This document shows, piece by piece, positions 48,167 to 59,707 of a stretch of DNA of 64,000 nt. The stretch is from contig CABZIF010000002.1 in assembly GCA_902525735.1 (NCBI GenBank), positions 144,754 to 208,753 on the forward strand, read 5' to 3'. The stretch is from an uncultured SAR86 cluster bacterium. Its GTDB lineage: Bacteria > Pseudomonadota > Gammaproteobacteria > Magnimaribacterales > AG-339-G14. Position numbers and translations under genes: made by a program. The notes below the pieces were generated by a model. That model had not been told where the DNA came from. It did no database searches and worked only from the letters and a program-made list of their open reading frames with translations. Each line of letters begins with the position of its first letter. Position 1 is the first letter of the stretch.

Positions 48167-49328
48167 TATTCAAGATTTTTTTTATGCTTTCTAAAGCTTT
48201 AGATGTCAATTCTATATTATGTACTAAGGCAATTCTTAAATATTGTTCAGCTGGATTAATGCCTTTATTCTCTGAACCCAAATATTTGCCTGGTAAGACT
48301 ATGACCCTTTCTTTGTCATAAAGTTTTTTTGTAAAAGACTCTGAGTCTTTTACTTTTAACCAAAGATAAAATGCTCCTTCGGGAATAAGCGAATCCCTTT
48401 CTAAAATATTTTCCGCCAAATTAAATTTTTCTTTATACATATCTCTATTTTTTTGAACTATTGAATCATCTTGCCAAGCTAAAACACTGGCTTTTTGTAT
48501 TGGTATAGGAACGCTTACACCATGAAACATTCTGTATTTTGAGAAAGATGAAATAATTTTCTGATCCCCGGTCGCACAACCTGATCTAAATCCGGGAAGA
48601 TTGGAGCGCTTAGACAAACTATGCAAAACCATTATATTTTCAAATGAACTATTAACTTCATCTGCTGCTTGAAGAAGAGAAAAAGGCTTATCTTGAAAAT
48701 AAATATCTATATAACACTCATCACTTAGAATTTTAAAATTGTACTTTTTACTTAATTCTACAACCTGACATAGTTCGTCTTTGCTCATGACTTTTCCTGT
48801 CGGATTTGAAGGAGAACAAAGTACTAAGAGCTGACATTCTTGCCAAATCTTGTGATCAATATTATCAAAATCTATTTGAAAGCTATTTTCTTCTTTGCAA
48901 TCTAAAAAAAATGGCTTTGCGCCGGCAAATAATGTGGCTCCTCCATAAATTTGATAAAAGGGGTTCGGCATACAAACATAAGGTTTTCTTTTAATTTTTT
49001 TTCTATCGACCATAGTTTGAATGGCTGAAAAAGTTCCTTCCCTAGTGCCTCCAACTAAAAATATTTCTTCATCTAAAATATTATTTAATTTGAAATTATT
49101 TATTAGATAACTTTTATAACTGCTCTTCAATTCAGGAATCATTGCCATCGGAGGATAATCGCTGAAAAGATTTTTTTGCTTATTTATTTCTTCCAATACT
49201 CCAGGGTTTGCTTTGTGTTTGGGCTCACCAATAGAAAGATTAATTTCTCCATTTGCTTGTTTCGCATCAATTAAATTCCTAAGACGTTCAAAAGGATAAG
49301 AGTTAATTTCGTCGATAATGGAATTCAT
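48159..49328 (-). CDS. dapC: Succinyldiaminopimelate aminotransferase (class I aminotransferase)
   Basis: 389 aa with YPFERLRNL and LSIGEPKH, plus the SLSKRSNLPG PLP-lysine region. 8-nt overlap with the dapD start. Confidence 0.72.
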   Translation of the reverse strand: MNSIIDEINSYPFERLRNLIDAKQANGEINLSIGEPKHKANPGVLEEINKQKNLFSDYPPMAMIPELKSSYKSYLINNFKLNNILDEEIFLVGGTREGTFSAIQTMVDRKKIKRKPYVCMPNPFYQIYGGATLFAGAKPFFLDCKEENSFQIDFDNIDHKIWQECQLLVLCSPSNPTGKVMSKDELCQVVELSKKYNFKILSDECYIDIYFQDKPFSLLQAADEVNSSFENIMVLHSLSKRSNLPGFRSGCATGDQKIISSFSKYRMFHGVSVPIPIQKASVLAWQDDSIVQKNRDMYKEKFNLAENILERDSLIPEGAFYLWLKVKDSESFTKKLYDKERVIVLPGKYLGSENKGINPAEQYLRIALVHNIELTSKALESIKKILNNE

Positions 49329-49331
49329 GAA

Positions 49332-50096
49332 TTAAAAATTTTCTTCTTCACGTCTGGTTAATATTTCAGATCCATTTGAAGTTACTAAAACTGTATGTTC
49401 CCACTGAGCTGAAAGCCTTCCATCAACCGTTTCTACAGTCCAACCATCCTTTTTGGAAAGTTTTGTTTTGTGAGTGCCTAAATTTAACATTGGTTCAATC
49501 GTAAAGCACATACCTTCTTCCAATGTCATCCCAGTATCAGGAGCTCCATAATGAAGCACTTGGGGGTCTTCATGGAAATTTGCACCTATTCCATGTCCAC
49601 AATAGTCTCTTACAACTGAATAATGATTGCTTTCTGCGTATTTTTGAATTGCATATCCTATGTCTCCTAATTTCATACCTGGCTTAACAACTTCAATACC
49701 TTTGTACATGCTTTCTTGTGTAATTTTTACTAACCTTTCTGCATGAGGTTTTTTATTTCCAATAAAATACATTTTGCTCGTGTCTCCGTGATAACCGTCT
49801 TTGATAACAGTTACGTCAATATTCATAATATCTCCATCTTTTAGAATTTTTTTATGATCAGGAATTCCATGACATATCACCTGATTAATAGAAGTACAAA
49901 TTGTTTTAGGGTAGCCTTTATAATTTAAACAAGCAGGTATGCAATTAATTTCGTTAACAATAAAATCATGACATATATCATCTAGCTCACCCGTTGAAAC
50001 ACCTTCTTTTACGTATTGATCTATCATTTCGAGCGTTTTTGCAGCCAATTGACCTGCAACTTTCATTTTTTCAATTTCTTTTGGGCTTTTTATCAT
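49332..50096 (-). CDS. map: Methionine aminopeptidase type I
   Basis: 254 aa. Metal ligands lie in ..DIMNIDVT.., GHGIG, FTIEP and EHTV. Confidence 0.95.
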   Translation of the reverse strand: MIKSPKEIEKMKVAGQLAAKTLEMIDQYVKEGVSTGELDDICHDFIVNEINCIPACLNYKGYPKTICTSINQVICHGIPDHKKILKDGDIMNIDVTVIKDGYHGDTSKMYFIGNKKPHAERLVKITQESMYKGIEVVKPGMKLGDIGYAIQKYAESNHYSVVRDYCGHGIGANFHEDPQVLHYGAPDTGMTLEEGMCFTIEPMLNLGTHKTKLSKKDGWTVETVDGRLSAQWEHTVLVTSNGSEILTRREEENF

Positions 50097-50165
50097 TTAA
50101 CTCATAGACTAATTTGCGAGAATTCATTATAGTCACTTTCTAATGCAAACAGCATTAGTACATTT

Positions 50166-50205
50166 AATCGCGATACTTAGTTTTAACTATGTCGCGATTT
50201 TTTTT
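50166..50205 (+). promoter_or_regulatory. Terminator-like hairpin plus T8 tract in the carA 5' leader (candidate attenuator)
   Basis: AATCGCGATA (50166-75) pairs with TATGTCGCGATT (50188-99), giving about 10 bp with a CGCG core and one G.U. An inner TAG/CTA extension is possible. The hairpin runs into TTTTTTTT (50198-50205), 32 nt before the carA ATG. Only the + strand reads as a terminator. Confidence 0.5.
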
Positions 50206-50236
50206 AGTAAACTTTCGCTTCTTTCTTTAAATCAGA

Positions 50237-51352
50237 ATGGATTTTAAACCAGCTAAATTGATTTTGAAATCAGGAGAAATTTTTTCTGGCATTAATTTTG
50301 GTTCTAGTGAGCCAAAAATAGGGGAGCTAATTTTTAATACTGCAATGACAGGATATCAGGAGATAATCACCGATCTCTCATACACTGATCAATTAATTTG
50401 TTTTACGTACCCGCAAATTGGAAATACTGGAGTTAACAAAGAAGACTTAGAATCTATGACGGGGGGATGTTCAGGAATAGTAATTAAAGAGCTTTCTAAA
50501 ATAGAAAGTAATTGGAGAAAAGATAATGATCTTTCATCTTTTTTAAAAGAGAAGAATATTTCTGGTATAGCTAATATTGATACTAGAAAGCTCACGAGAA
50601 TATTAAGAGATAAGGGTTCTCAAATATCTGCTATTGTCCCTGAGGAATATTCAAAAAAACAAATAGAGGCTTTATTTGATTCTTTCGATGGAATTAAAGG
50701 AAAAGATTTAGCAAGGGAAGTTAGCACCAAAGAATCTTACATCTGGAAAGAGCCTTCATACAGAAAAGAGACTAAAAAAAATTTATACAAAGTTGTAGCC
50801 TATGATTTTGGTGTAAAACATAATATTTTGAGACTTCTTGTGGATAGAGGCTGCGAAGTCCTTGTTGTTCCAGCAGAAACTTCTGCGGAAGATGTTATGA
50901 AAGAAAACCCGGATGGTATTTTTCTATCTAATGGTCCTGGCGATCCAGAACCATGTAAATATGCGATTTCAGCAATAAAGAAATTGATTGAAATTAATAT
51001 TCCTATTTTTGGAATATGTTTAGGACATCAACTATTGGGATTAGCTTTAAATTTAAAAACTAAAAAAATGAAATTTGGTCATCATGGAGCAAATCATCCC
51101 GTTCAAAATATCCTTGATAACACAGTTTCCATAACAAGCCAAAATCATGGCTTTACTATTAGCGAAGAAAGTTTAAATGATGATGTAATTGTTACTCATA
51201 GATCATTGTTTGATAAGTCGATTCAGGGAATATCATCTAAAGATGGAAGAGTTTTTAGTTTCCAAGGGCATCCTGAAGCAAGTCCAGGCCCTAAAGATAT
51301 CCAAAATCTATTTGATCAGTTTATAAATAATATGCATTCTCAAAACGTTTAA
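50237..51352 (+). CDS. carA: Carbamoyl-phosphate synthase small subunit
   Basis: 371 aa with the GATase triad region GICLGHQLL and ..HPE. Confidence 0.96.
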   Translation: MDFKPAKLILKSGEIFSGINFGSSEPKIGELIFNTAMTGYQEIITDLSYTDQLICFTYPQIGNTGVNKEDLESMTGGCSGIVIKELSKIESNWRKDNDLSSFLKEKNISGIANIDTRKLTRILRDKGSQISAIVPEEYSKKQIEALFDSFDGIKGKDLAREVSTKESYIWKEPSYRKETKKNLYKVVAYDFGVKHNILRLLVDRGCEVLVVPAETSAEDVMKENPDGIFLSNGPGDPEPCKYAISAIKKLIEINIPIFGICLGHQLLGLALNLKTKKMKFGHHGANHPVQNILDNTVSITSQNHGFTISEESLNDDVIVTHRSLFDKSIQGISSKDGRVFSFQGHPEASPGPKDIQNLFDQFINNMHSQNV

Positions 51353-51355
51353 CTG

Positions 51356-54300
51356 ATGCCAAAAAGAAATGATTTAAATTCAATTTTGATTATAGGAGCC
51401 GGCCCTATAGTTATTGGCCAAGCCTGCGAATTTGATTATTCTGGTGTTCAAGCTTGCAAGGCGCTGAGAGAAGAAGGTTTTAGAGTTATTTTAGTCAATT
51501 CAAATCCTGCTACCATTATGACAGATCCGGAATTAGCAGACTCAACCTACATAGAACCTATAAATTGGAAGACCTTAAAAAAAATCATTGAAATTGAAAA
51601 TCCAGATGCAATCTTGCCAACAATGGGAGGTCAAACAGGTTTAAACGCTGCACTAGATTTAGATAAATTTGGAGTCCTTAAAGAATATGATGTTGAATTA
51701 ATTGGAGCAACAAAGGAGGCGATAGATAAAGCTGAGGATAGGGAAAAATTTGCAGAAGCAATTGCAAAAATTGGGTTATTTACTCCTAAAGCTGGCTTAG
51801 CTCACAACCTGAAAGAAGCAACTGAAATTCGAAAACAAGTTGGGTTTCCATGTATCATCCGGCCTAATTTTACAATGGGCGGAACTGGAAGTGGCATTGC
51901 ATACAATACCGAAGAATTTGAAGAAATCTGCGAGAGAGGTTTAGATTTATCCCCAACAACAGAGCTTTATATCGATCAATACTTATCTGGATGGAAAGAG
52001 TATGAAATGGAAGTAGTTAGAGACAAATCCGATAATTGCATAATTATTTGTAGCATTGAAAACTTTGATCCAATGGGAGTTCATACTGGAGATTCGATTA
52101 CAGTTGCCCCAGCACAGACACTTACTGACAAGGAATATCAACATATGAGAGATGCTTCTATGGCAATTTTGAGAGAAATTGGTGTTGAGACCGGAGGCTC
52201 AAATGTACAATTTGCCATAAATCCTGAAAATGGAGATATGGTTGTGATTGAAATGAATCCGAGAGTTTCAAGATCTTCAGCTTTGGCTTCAAAAGCAACT
52301 GGATTTCCTATTGCTAAGATAGCAGCAAAACTAGCCGTAGGATTCACCTTAGATGAATTAGAAAATGATATCAGTGAGGATGGAATACCGGCATCATTCG
52401 AGCCAACAATAGATTATGTTGTGACAAAAATTCCAAGATTTAATTTTGAAAAATTTGCTGGCGCCTCTAATAAATTAACCTCTCAAATGAAATCTGTTGG
52501 AGAAGTAATGGCAATAGGCTCAACTTTTAAAGAATCTTTTCAAAAAGCTATCAGAGGTTTAGAGATTGATAAAAGCGGGTTAGATAGATTTGAAAAAAAA
52601 GTAAACAAATCTTCTTTAAGGGCTGGAATTATTTCACCAACTCCAGATAGAATTTATTATGTCGCTGAAGCTCTAAGAATGGATTATTCAATTGAAGAGT
52701 TACACACAATGAGCGGAATAGATCCTTGGTTTTTGAAAGAATTAAAAGAAATTGTTGATTTTGAGAAAAATATTTCCCACAAAGATTTTTTAGATAATAA
52801 AGAAGAATTTTATAAAGCTAAAAAGATGGGTTTCTCAGATAGAAAAATTTCTTTGATAAGAAATGAAAAAGAGGATGACATTAGAAAAGTTAGAAAGAAT
52901 TTAAAAATAAATCCAGTATTTAAAAGAGTTGACACTTGTGCGGCCGAATTCAAAACTTCAACAGCTTATATGTATTCTACTTATCAAGATGAGTGTGAAT
53001 CTAATCCAACTAGCAATAAGAAAGTTATGGTTTTAGGGGGCGGTCCTAATAGAATTGGTCAAGGCATAGAATTTGATTATTGTTGCGTTCATGCAGCTCA
53101 AGCACTTAAAGAAAATGGATTCGAAACAATTATGGTTAACTGCAATCCAGAGACTGTATCTACGGACTACGATACGTCGGATAGATTATATTTTGAACCA
53201 ATTACTCTTGAAGATGTTTTAGAAATAATTGAAATAGAAAATCCAGATGGGCTCATAATTCAATATGGAGGTCAAACGCCCTTAAAATTAGCAAACGATT
53301 TAGAAAAGTTTAATGTTTCAATTTTCGGTACTTCGCCAGATCAAATAGATTTGTCAGAAGATAGAGCTAGATTTTTAAAATTTGTAAAACGAAATAATCT
53401 TACTCAACCTCCAAATGGGATGGCTTCTAATAAAGAAGAAGCTATTGAAATAGGAAATGAAATTGGATATCCATTGGTTGTTAGACCTTCTTATGTTTTG
53501 GGAGGCAGAGCAATGGAAGTTGTATATGGTGCGGATGATTTAGTAAATTATTTAGCAGAAGCCTTTCAAGTAAACGATTCAAATCCTGTTTTACTAGATA
53601 AGTTTTTAGACGTTGCAATTGAGTTTGATGTAGAAGCTATTTCCGATGGATCTAAAATATTGATTTGTGGAATTCTTCAACATATTGAACAAGCAGGTGT
53701 ACATTCAGGTGATTCGGCATGCTCTATTCCGCCTTATAACATAACAACTGATATAGAAAATAAAATCAAAAATGAAGTTATAAAAGTTATTAAAAATATG
53801 GATATTATTGGATTAGTAAATGTCCAAATAGCATATGTGAATGATACTCTTTATCTTCTAGAAGTGAATCCAAGAGCCTCTAGAACAATTCCTTTTGTTT
53901 CAAAGGCTTTGGGTATGCCTTTGGCAAAAATTGCAGCAAGAGTGATGGCAGGGATTTCTCTTGAAGAACAAAATATCTTAAATATTCCAGAACTTAAATT
54001 TTTTAATGTTAAAGAAGCAGTTATGCCATTCGAAAAATTTCAAAATGTTGATCCTATTTTAGGACCAGAAATGAGATCTACTGGAGAAGTCATGGGAATA
54101 GGCAAGACATTCGAAGAAGCTTTTGAAAAGGCAGAAATTGCTGCAGGGGTAATTATTCCTGAAGCTGGTTCAGCATTTATAAGTGTCAGAGACATCGATA
54201 AGCAATTCCTAAAAGAAATTGCTAAAGATTTAACTGAAAGTAATTTTTCCTTAGTTGGAACCAAAGGAACTGTAAGAGCCCTTAATGAACTTGGTTTCCA

Positions 54301-54550
54301 AGCGAGACAAATTAATAAAGTTCTTGAAGGCAGACCACACATAATCGATCTTATGAAAAATAGCGAAATAACTTTAGTAATAAATACTACTGAAGGTAGA
54401 GAGTCAATTAAAGATTCTGCTTCTATAAGGAGAACTGCTTTAGAAGAAAAGATCTGTTGTACCACTACTATTCAAGGAGCAGTAGCAATTTGTAAAGTTA
54501 TAAGAAATCAGCTTGATTGGTCGGTGCAAAGACTTCAAGATATACACTAA
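51356..54550 (+). CDS. carB: Carbamoyl-phosphate synthase large subunit
   Basis: 1064 aa with duplicated ATP-grasp halves and an MGS-like C-terminus. Confidence 0.97.
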   Translation: MPKRNDLNSILIIGAGPIVIGQACEFDYSGVQACKALREEGFRVILVNSNPATIMTDPELADSTYIEPINWKTLKKIIEIENPDAILPTMGGQTGLNAALDLDKFGVLKEYDVELIGATKEAIDKAEDREKFAEAIAKIGLFTPKAGLAHNLKEATEIRKQVGFPCIIRPNFTMGGTGSGIAYNTEEFEEICERGLDLSPTTELYIDQYLSGWKEYEMEVVRDKSDNCIIICSIENFDPMGVHTGDSITVAPAQTLTDKEYQHMRDASMAILREIGVETGGSNVQFAINPENGDMVVIEMNPRVSRSSALASKATGFPIAKIAAKLAVGFTLDELENDISEDGIPASFEPTIDYVVTKIPRFNFEKFAGASNKLTSQMKSVGEVMAIGSTFKESFQKAIRGLEIDKSGLDRFEKKVNKSSLRAGIISPTPDRIYYVAEALRMDYSIEELHTMSGIDPWFLKELKEIVDFEKNISHKDFLDNKEEFYKAKKMGFSDRKISLIRNEKEDDIRKVRKNLKINPVFKRVDTCAAEFKTSTAYMYSTYQDECESNPTSNKKVMVLGGGPNRIGQGIEFDYCCVHAAQALKENGFETIMVNCNPETVSTDYDTSDRLYFEPITLEDVLEIIEIENPDGLIIQYGGQTPLKLANDLEKFNVSIFGTSPDQIDLSEDRARFLKFVKRNNLTQPPNGMASNKEEAIEIGNEIGYPLVVRPSYVLGGRAMEVVYGADDLVNYLAEAFQVNDSNPVLLDKFLDVAIEFDVEAISDGSKILICGILQHIEQAGVHSGDSACSIPPYNITTDIENKIKNEVIKVIKNMDIIGLVNVQIAYVNDTLYLLEVNPRASRTIPFVSKALGMPLAKIAARVMAGISLEEQNILNIPELKFFNVKEAVMPFEKFQNVDPILGPEMRSTGEVMGIGKTFEEAFEKAEIAAGVIIPEAGSAFISVRDIDKQFLKEIAKDLTESNFSLVGTKGTVRALNELGFQARQINKVLEGRPHIIDLMKNSEITLVINTTEGRESIKDSASIRRTALEEKICCTTTIQGAVAICKVIRNQLDWSVQRLQDIH

Positions 54551-54561
54551 AGAATAGATCA

Positions 54562-55038
54562 ATGGAAGAAAGAGAGCCAATGACAGTTCAGGGTGAACTG
54601 CTTTTGAAAAAAGAGCTTGAAACTCTTTTATCAGAAAGACCCAAAATTTCGAAAGAAATTGCTGCTGCTAGAGAGTTTGGTGATTTAAAAGAGAATGCTG
54701 AATATCATGCGGCTAAAGAACAACAAGGATTAGCTGAAGCTAGAATAAGGGAGATAGAGTCAAAACTCAGTAGAGCACAGGTGATAGATATTATGTCAAT
54801 CCCTCCTTCTGGAAAAGTAATTTTCGGAACTACTATAAAGTTAGTTAAATTAACTGATGAATTAGAAGTAGAGTATAAAATTGTTGGTGAAGACGAAGCA
54901 GACGTTCAAACAGGGAAAATTTCATATTCTTCCCCTTTATCTAGAGCTTTAATCTCAAAAGAGGAGGGCGATATTATTAAATTTGAAAGTCCATCGGGAA
55001 TACAAGAATACGAAATTATTGAAGTGGATCATAAATAA
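54562..55038 (+). CDS. greA: Transcription elongation factor GreA
   Basis: 158 aa from the ATG at 54562, with [16 protein letters not shown]. The track start at 54517 overlaps carB. Confidence 0.93.
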   Translation: MEEREPMTVQGELLLKKELETLLSERPKISKEIAAAREFGDLKENAEYHAAKEQQGLAEARIREIESKLSRAQVIDIMSIPPSGKVIFGTTIKLVKLTDELEVEYKIVGEDEADVQTGKISYSSPLSRALISKEEGDIIKFESPSGIQEYEIIEVDHK

Positions 55039-55040
55039 TT

Positions 55041-55622
55041 GTGGCTAAAAATGAGTCTTACTATTTAGGTGAAAAGTATAATTTATTAGCAAAAAAACAA
55101 GGGTATCGTTCGAGAGCAGCATTTAAATTGATCCAAATAGACAAAGAAGAAAACATTTTAAAAAAAAATTCAAATATTATTGATCTTGGCTGTGCTCCAG
55201 GCGGTTGGTCGCAAGTGGCGAGTGAGAGGCTTAAAGGCACAGGATCAATAGTTGGGATAGATATTCTAAGAATGCCTAGATTGAAAGACGTCGAATTCAT
55301 TCAATGCGATTTGAGGAATTTTGATTTGAGTCAATTAAAAACAACTATAGACGTTGTAATATCTGATATAGCCCCCAATATAAGTGGGGTAAGTATAGTA
55401 GATGACGCAAATATGATTGATTTATTAGAAATAGAGCTAAGCATAGTAGATAAAACGCTTGTAAAAGGTGGCAATTTTCTTGCAAAATGTTTTCAGGGTG
55501 AATCATTGGAATATTTAATTTTTAATTTAAAAAAAAGATTTAACAGTTTTAAGAGAATAAAGCCTTTAGCTTCTAGAAATATTTCAAAAGAAATTTACGT
55601 ATTAGGCTTGAACAAAATTTAA
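55041..55622 (+). CDS. rlmE: 23S rRNA U2552 2'-O-methyltransferase
   Basis: GTG start. YRSRAAFKL and [12 protein letters not shown]. Upstream of ftsH. Confidence 0.92.
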   Translation: MAKNESYYLGEKYNLLAKKQGYRSRAAFKLIQIDKEENILKKNSNIIDLGCAPGGWSQVASERLKGTGSIVGIDILRMPRLKDVEFIQCDLRNFDLSQLKTTIDVVISDIAPNISGVSIVDDANMIDLLEIELSIVDKTLVKGGNFLAKCFQGESLEYLIFNLKKRFNSFKRIKPLASRNISKEIYVLGLNKI

Positions 55623-55638
55623 AAAAAGAGGAAATAAT

Positions 55639-57549
55639 ATGTCACAGTTTATGAAAAATGCGCTTTTATGGATGGCTATTGTTGGAATGACTTTCTTTGC
55701 CATTCAAAGTGTTTATGACGGTCCACCTAAAGCAAATATGACATATTCTGAATTCATATCTTTGGTTAACAAAGACCAAATTAGCACAGTTTCTTTTAAG
55801 GGAGATGGATTCACTATAGATGGAACTATGAATGATGGAAGCACATTCACAACTACCCGACCTATTTACGTTCAAGATAATCAATTGATGGATGATTTAT
55901 TTGCTCACCAAGTAGAAGTTTTAGGAGAACAGCCTCAATCAGATAGTATTTGGTCTCAACTACTAGTGGCAAGTTTCCCCATTTTAATAATTTTAGCAAT
56001 CTTCTTCTTTTTCATGAGACAAATGCAAGGCGGAGCCGGTGGCAGAGGCGGGCCAATGAGCTTTGGAAAAAGCAAAGCAAAAATGTTAGAAGGCGGCAAA
56101 GTAAAGACCACTTTTAAAGATGTTGCTGGTGTAGAAGAAGCAAAAGAAGAAGTTCAAGAATTGGTAGATTTTCTAAGAGATCCCACTAAATTTCAAAAAC
56201 TTGGAGGAAAAATTCCTAGAGGTATCCTCATGGTTGGCTCACCTGGAACAGGAAAAACACTTTTAGCAAGAGCTATTGCAGGAGAAGCTAAAGTTCCTTT
56301 TTTCACTATCTCAGGCTCAGATTTCGTTGAAATGTTTGTAGGTGTTGGCGCTTCGAGAGTGAGAGATATGTTTGAACAGGCTAAAAGGCAATCTCCTTGT
56401 ATTGTCTTTATAGATGAAATTGATGCTGTCGGAAGGCATAGAGGAGCAGGCTTAGGTGGAGGACATGATGAAAGAGAACAAACCCTAAATCAGCTTTTAG
56501 TTGAAATGGACGGGTTTGAAGCAAATGAGGGAGTCATTATCATAGCTGCTACAAATAGACCAGACGTTTTAGACCCTGCACTCCTTAGACCGGGAAGATT
56601 TGACAGACAAGTTGTAGTTCCTTTACCTGACATTAAAGGAAGAGAACAAATTCTTAAAGTTCACATTAAAAAAGTTCCTGTTGATAAAGATGTCGAGGTT
56701 TCTTTTATTGCTAGAGGCACTCCAGGGTTTTCAGGAGCTGATTTAGCTAATTTAATTAATGAAGCAGCATTATTTGCCGCAAGATCAGGGAAAAAGAAAG
56801 TATCAATGATCGAACTAGAGTTGGCAAAAGACAAAGTTATGATGGGCGCTGAAAGGAAATCTATGGTGATGAGTGAGGATGAGAAAACTCAGACTGCTTA
56901 CCATGAAGCAGGCCACACAATTGTTGGTAAATGCTTGAAAGAGCACGATCCGGTTTATAAAGTTTCTATTATTCCCCGAGGAAGAGCTTTGGGAGTTACG
57001 GTTTTTCTTCCTGAAGAAGATAAATATAGTTTAAGCAAACAGGCTATTTTGGATAGGATTTGTGGTTTATTTGGTGGTCGTATAGCTGAAGAGTTAATTT
57101 ACGGATCAGATGGAGTGACAACTGGTGCCTCCAATGATATTGAAAGAGCTTCAGAATTAGCAAGAAATATGATCACTAAATGGGGCTATTCATCAAAACT
57201 TGGCCCAATGAAGTATTCTGAAGAAAGTGGAGATGAGCCTTTCTTAGGAAGAACTGCTGCTAATTCTAGCACTGCGTTTTCTGATCAGACTTCTGAACTT
57301 ATTGATTCTGAGGCAAGGAAAATAATTGATGATTGTTATTCTGCAGCAACAAAAATTCTTAAAGATAATATTGACAAGCTTCATAGCATGGCAAAAGCTC
57401 TAGTAGAATTCGAAACTCTCGACAGTGATCAAATAGAAGATATTATGGCTGGCGCTTCACCTAGGTCTAATGATGATGGTGATTCAGGAAATAAGAAAAA
57501 GAAGTCCACTAGCGAACCTTCGATCTCAGACCCTGCAAATCAAACTTAA
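55639..57549 (+). CDS. ftsH: ATP-dependent zinc metalloprotease FtsH
   Basis: 636 aa with 2 TM segments, an AAA module (GPPGTGKT-like [11 protein letters not shown]) and HEAGH. Confidence 0.97.
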   Translation: MSQFMKNALLWMAIVGMTFFAIQSVYDGPPKANMTYSEFISLVNKDQISTVSFKGDGFTIDGTMNDGSTFTTTRPIYVQDNQLMDDLFAHQVEVLGEQPQSDSIWSQLLVASFPILIILAIFFFFMRQMQGGAGGRGGPMSFGKSKAKMLEGGKVKTTFKDVAGVEEAKEEVQELVDFLRDPTKFQKLGGKIPRGILMVGSPGTGKTLLARAIAGEAKVPFFTISGSDFVEMFVGVGASRVRDMFEQAKRQSPCIVFIDEIDAVGRHRGAGLGGGHDEREQTLNQLLVEMDGFEANEGVIIIAATNRPDVLDPALLRPGRFDRQVVVPLPDIKGREQILKVHIKKVPVDKDVEVSFIARGTPGFSGADLANLINEAALFAARSGKKKVSMIELELAKDKVMMGAERKSMVMSEDEKTQTAYHEAGHTIVGKCLKEHDPVYKVSIIPRGRALGVTVFLPEEDKYSLSKQAILDRICGLFGGRIAEELIYGSDGVTTGASNDIERASELARNMITKWGYSSKLGPMKYSEESGDEPFLGRTAANSSTAFSDQTSELIDSEARKIIDDCYSAATKILKDNIDKLHSMAKALVEFETLDSDQIEDIMAGASPRSNDDGDSGNKKKKSTSEPSISDPANQT

Positions 57550-57554
57550 ATAAA

Positions 57555-58352
57555 ATGCTCTTTTCTAAAAAAGAGCTTAATTTTGAAGTCCCAAAAGTAA
57601 TGGGAATTATAAATTTAACTCCTGATTCTTTTTCAGATGGAGGAAAGTTTATTTGTCCAAAAACTCTTAAAACTGACAGAAATAAAGTTTTAAAAGAAAT
57701 TGAAAAAATGGAGAACGGAGGGGCCGCATTCATAGATATTGGGGCAGAATCCTCTCGACCAACTGCATCACAAATTTCAGTAACTGAAGAATTAGATAGG
57801 CTTATGCCAATTCTTGAGGATATAAAAAACATAAATGCTGTTGTTTCAATTGATTCTACGAAGGGCGAAGTGATATATGAGGCAATTAAGAATGGGGTTG
57901 ATTTTATTAATGACATAAATTCGTTGAAGGATTACAAATCTTTAGAATTGGTTAGAGAACATAATCTTCCAGTTTGTATAATGCACAAAGAAAAAAACCT
58001 TTCTAAAAATTCAATTTGTTCCGAGATCGGAAATTTTTTTAAAAAAAAGATTTTAGAACTCTCAAAGAATGGAATTTCTAAAGAGAAAATAATATTAGAT
58101 CCAGGATTTGGTTATGAAAAGACTCCTAATGAAAATTTAGAAATAATAAGTAAATTTAATTATACAAAATTCGAAAATCCATGTTTGATAGGTATTTCAA
58201 GAAAAGGTTTTCTTAAGAAGTTGACGAAAGAAACTAATTTAGATCAGACAAGTGTTACAACTGGTATAATTTCACTATTAAATGGAGCTAAAATAATTAG
58301 AACTCATAACGTTACGTTGACTGCAACTATGATAGAGGAAGTTTTTGGCTAG
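57555..58352 (+). CDS. folP: Dihydropteroate synthase
   Basis: VMGIINLTPDSFSDGG, DIGAESSRP and DPGFG. Confidence 0.92.
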   Translation: MLFSKKELNFEVPKVMGIINLTPDSFSDGGKFICPKTLKTDRNKVLKEIEKMENGGAAFIDIGAESSRPTASQISVTEELDRLMPILEDIKNINAVVSIDSTKGEVIYEAIKNGVDFINDINSLKDYKSLELVREHNLPVCIMHKEKNLSKNSICSEIGNFFKKKILELSKNGISKEKIILDPGFGYEKTPNENLEIISKFNYTKFENPCLIGISRKGFLKKLTKETNLDQTSVTTGIISLLNGAKIIRTHNVTLTATMIEEVFG

Positions 58353-59706
58353 ACTACTTAAAATTCGAAAGAGAAAGCACTTTGGTACAGATGGTATAAG
58401 AGGACCTATCTCTAAAGAAACAAATCCAGAATTTATCCTCAAATTAGGTTGGGCTGCTGGAAAAGTATTTAAAGAGCAAGGAATTAAGGCACTAATCATT
58501 GGTAAAGATACAAGAATTTCTGGATATATGCTGGAAACAGCACTTCAATCAGGGATTATTGCTGCTGGATTGGATGTAAGGTTAGTCGGCCCTATGCCAA
58601 CTCCTGCGGTTTCTTATTTAGCTAGCTCATTTAAAAATCAAGCTGGTGTAGTCATAAGTGCATCTCACAATTCATATGAAGATAATGGGATAAAATTTTT
58701 TGGCGACGATGGAAAAAAAATTTCAAATGACTTAGAAGAAAAAATAGAAAAAAAATTAACTGAGGAATTGGATGTTTCCGAAGCTAAAAATTTAGGTAAG
58801 GCTGCAAGACTATCCGATGCCAGTGGAAGGTATATTGAATTTTGTAAAAATTCTTTAAAAAGAAATATAAATTTCAATAAGCTCAAAATTGTTTTAGATG
58901 TTGCAAATGGCGCAACATATGATGTTGCTCCTAAAGTTTTTAAGGAGCTAGGAGCTGACATCATTGTTTTATCCAATACACCAGATGGCACCAATATTAA
59001 CAAGGATTGTGGCTCGACGAATATAAAATTTTTACAAAAAGAAGTTCTTAAAAATAAGGCAGATTTTGGAATAGCTTTTGATGGTGATGGAGATAGATTA
59101 ATAATTGTAGATAAAAATGCTAAGGAATTAAATGGAGATGATATTTTATTTGTTTTAGCTAGAGATCAGTTTGAAAATCAAATCACTCTTGGCTCAAAAG
59201 GGATTGTGGGAACAATCATGACAAATAAGGGACTAGAAAATTCTCTTTTAAAAATGGGAGTAGAACTAGTCAGGTCAGATGTTGGAGATAGATACGTTTT
59301 GCAGAAACTAGAAGAACTTAACTGGGACTTGGGAGGCGAGCAATCAGGGCATATTATATGTTTGGATTCTTCCAATAGTGGCGATGCAATCATTGCAGCG
59401 ATCAAATTTCTTGAAGCTTATATTTGTTCTGGTTTAGCTTTGGATCAATTATTAAAACCTTTTACAAAATATCCTCAAATTTTAACCAACATAAAAACTA
59501 GAAATTCTGAAAAAGTTCTTAAAAATAAAAATTTTCAAAATTTACTGAGAGATATTTCTCTAAGTTTAAAAAAATACGATGGAAGAGTTAACGTAAGGCC
59601 ATCTGGAACGGAACCATTGATTAGAATTATGGTTGAAAGTAAAAACGAAAAAGAGACTAAATCTGCTTCAAAAATTTTATCTAATTTTGTAAAAAAATTA
59701 ATTTAA
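58345..59706 (+). CDS. glmM: Phosphoglucosamine mutase
   Basis: FGTDGIRG, SASHNSYEDNG (phosphoserine loop) and GGEQSGH. Apparent TTG start overlapping folP by 8 nt. Confidence 0.93.
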   Translation: MARLLKIRKRKHFGTDGIRGPISKETNPEFILKLGWAAGKVFKEQGIKALIIGKDTRISGYMLETALQSGIIAAGLDVRLVGPMPTPAVSYLASSFKNQAGVVISASHNSYEDNGIKFFGDDGKKISNDLEEKIEKKLTEELDVSEAKNLGKAARLSDASGRYIEFCKNSLKRNINFNKLKIVLDVANGATYDVAPKVFKELGADIIVLSNTPDGTNINKDCGSTNIKFLQKEVLKNKADFGIAFDGDGDRLIIVDKNAKELNGDDILFVLARDQFENQITLGSKGIVGTIMTNKGLENSLLKMGVELVRSDVGDRYVLQKLEELNWDLGGEQSGHIICLDSSNSGDAIIAAIKFLEAYICSGLALDQLLKPFTKYPQILTNIKTRNSEKVLKNKNFQNLLRDISLSLKKYDGRVNVRPSGTEPLIRIMVESKNEKETKSASKILSNFVKKLI

Positions 59707-59707
59707 G

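Noticed and set aside
54040-54465. A 141-aa ORF antisense to carB. Similar antisense ORFs lie at 57509-57916 (folP/ftsH), 43122-43499 (pepA), 27841-28197 (lpxB) and 12597-12968 (dnaK).
   Set aside because: All are embedded in highly conserved genes on the opposite strand and show low-complexity composition. I treated them as codon-bias artefacts.
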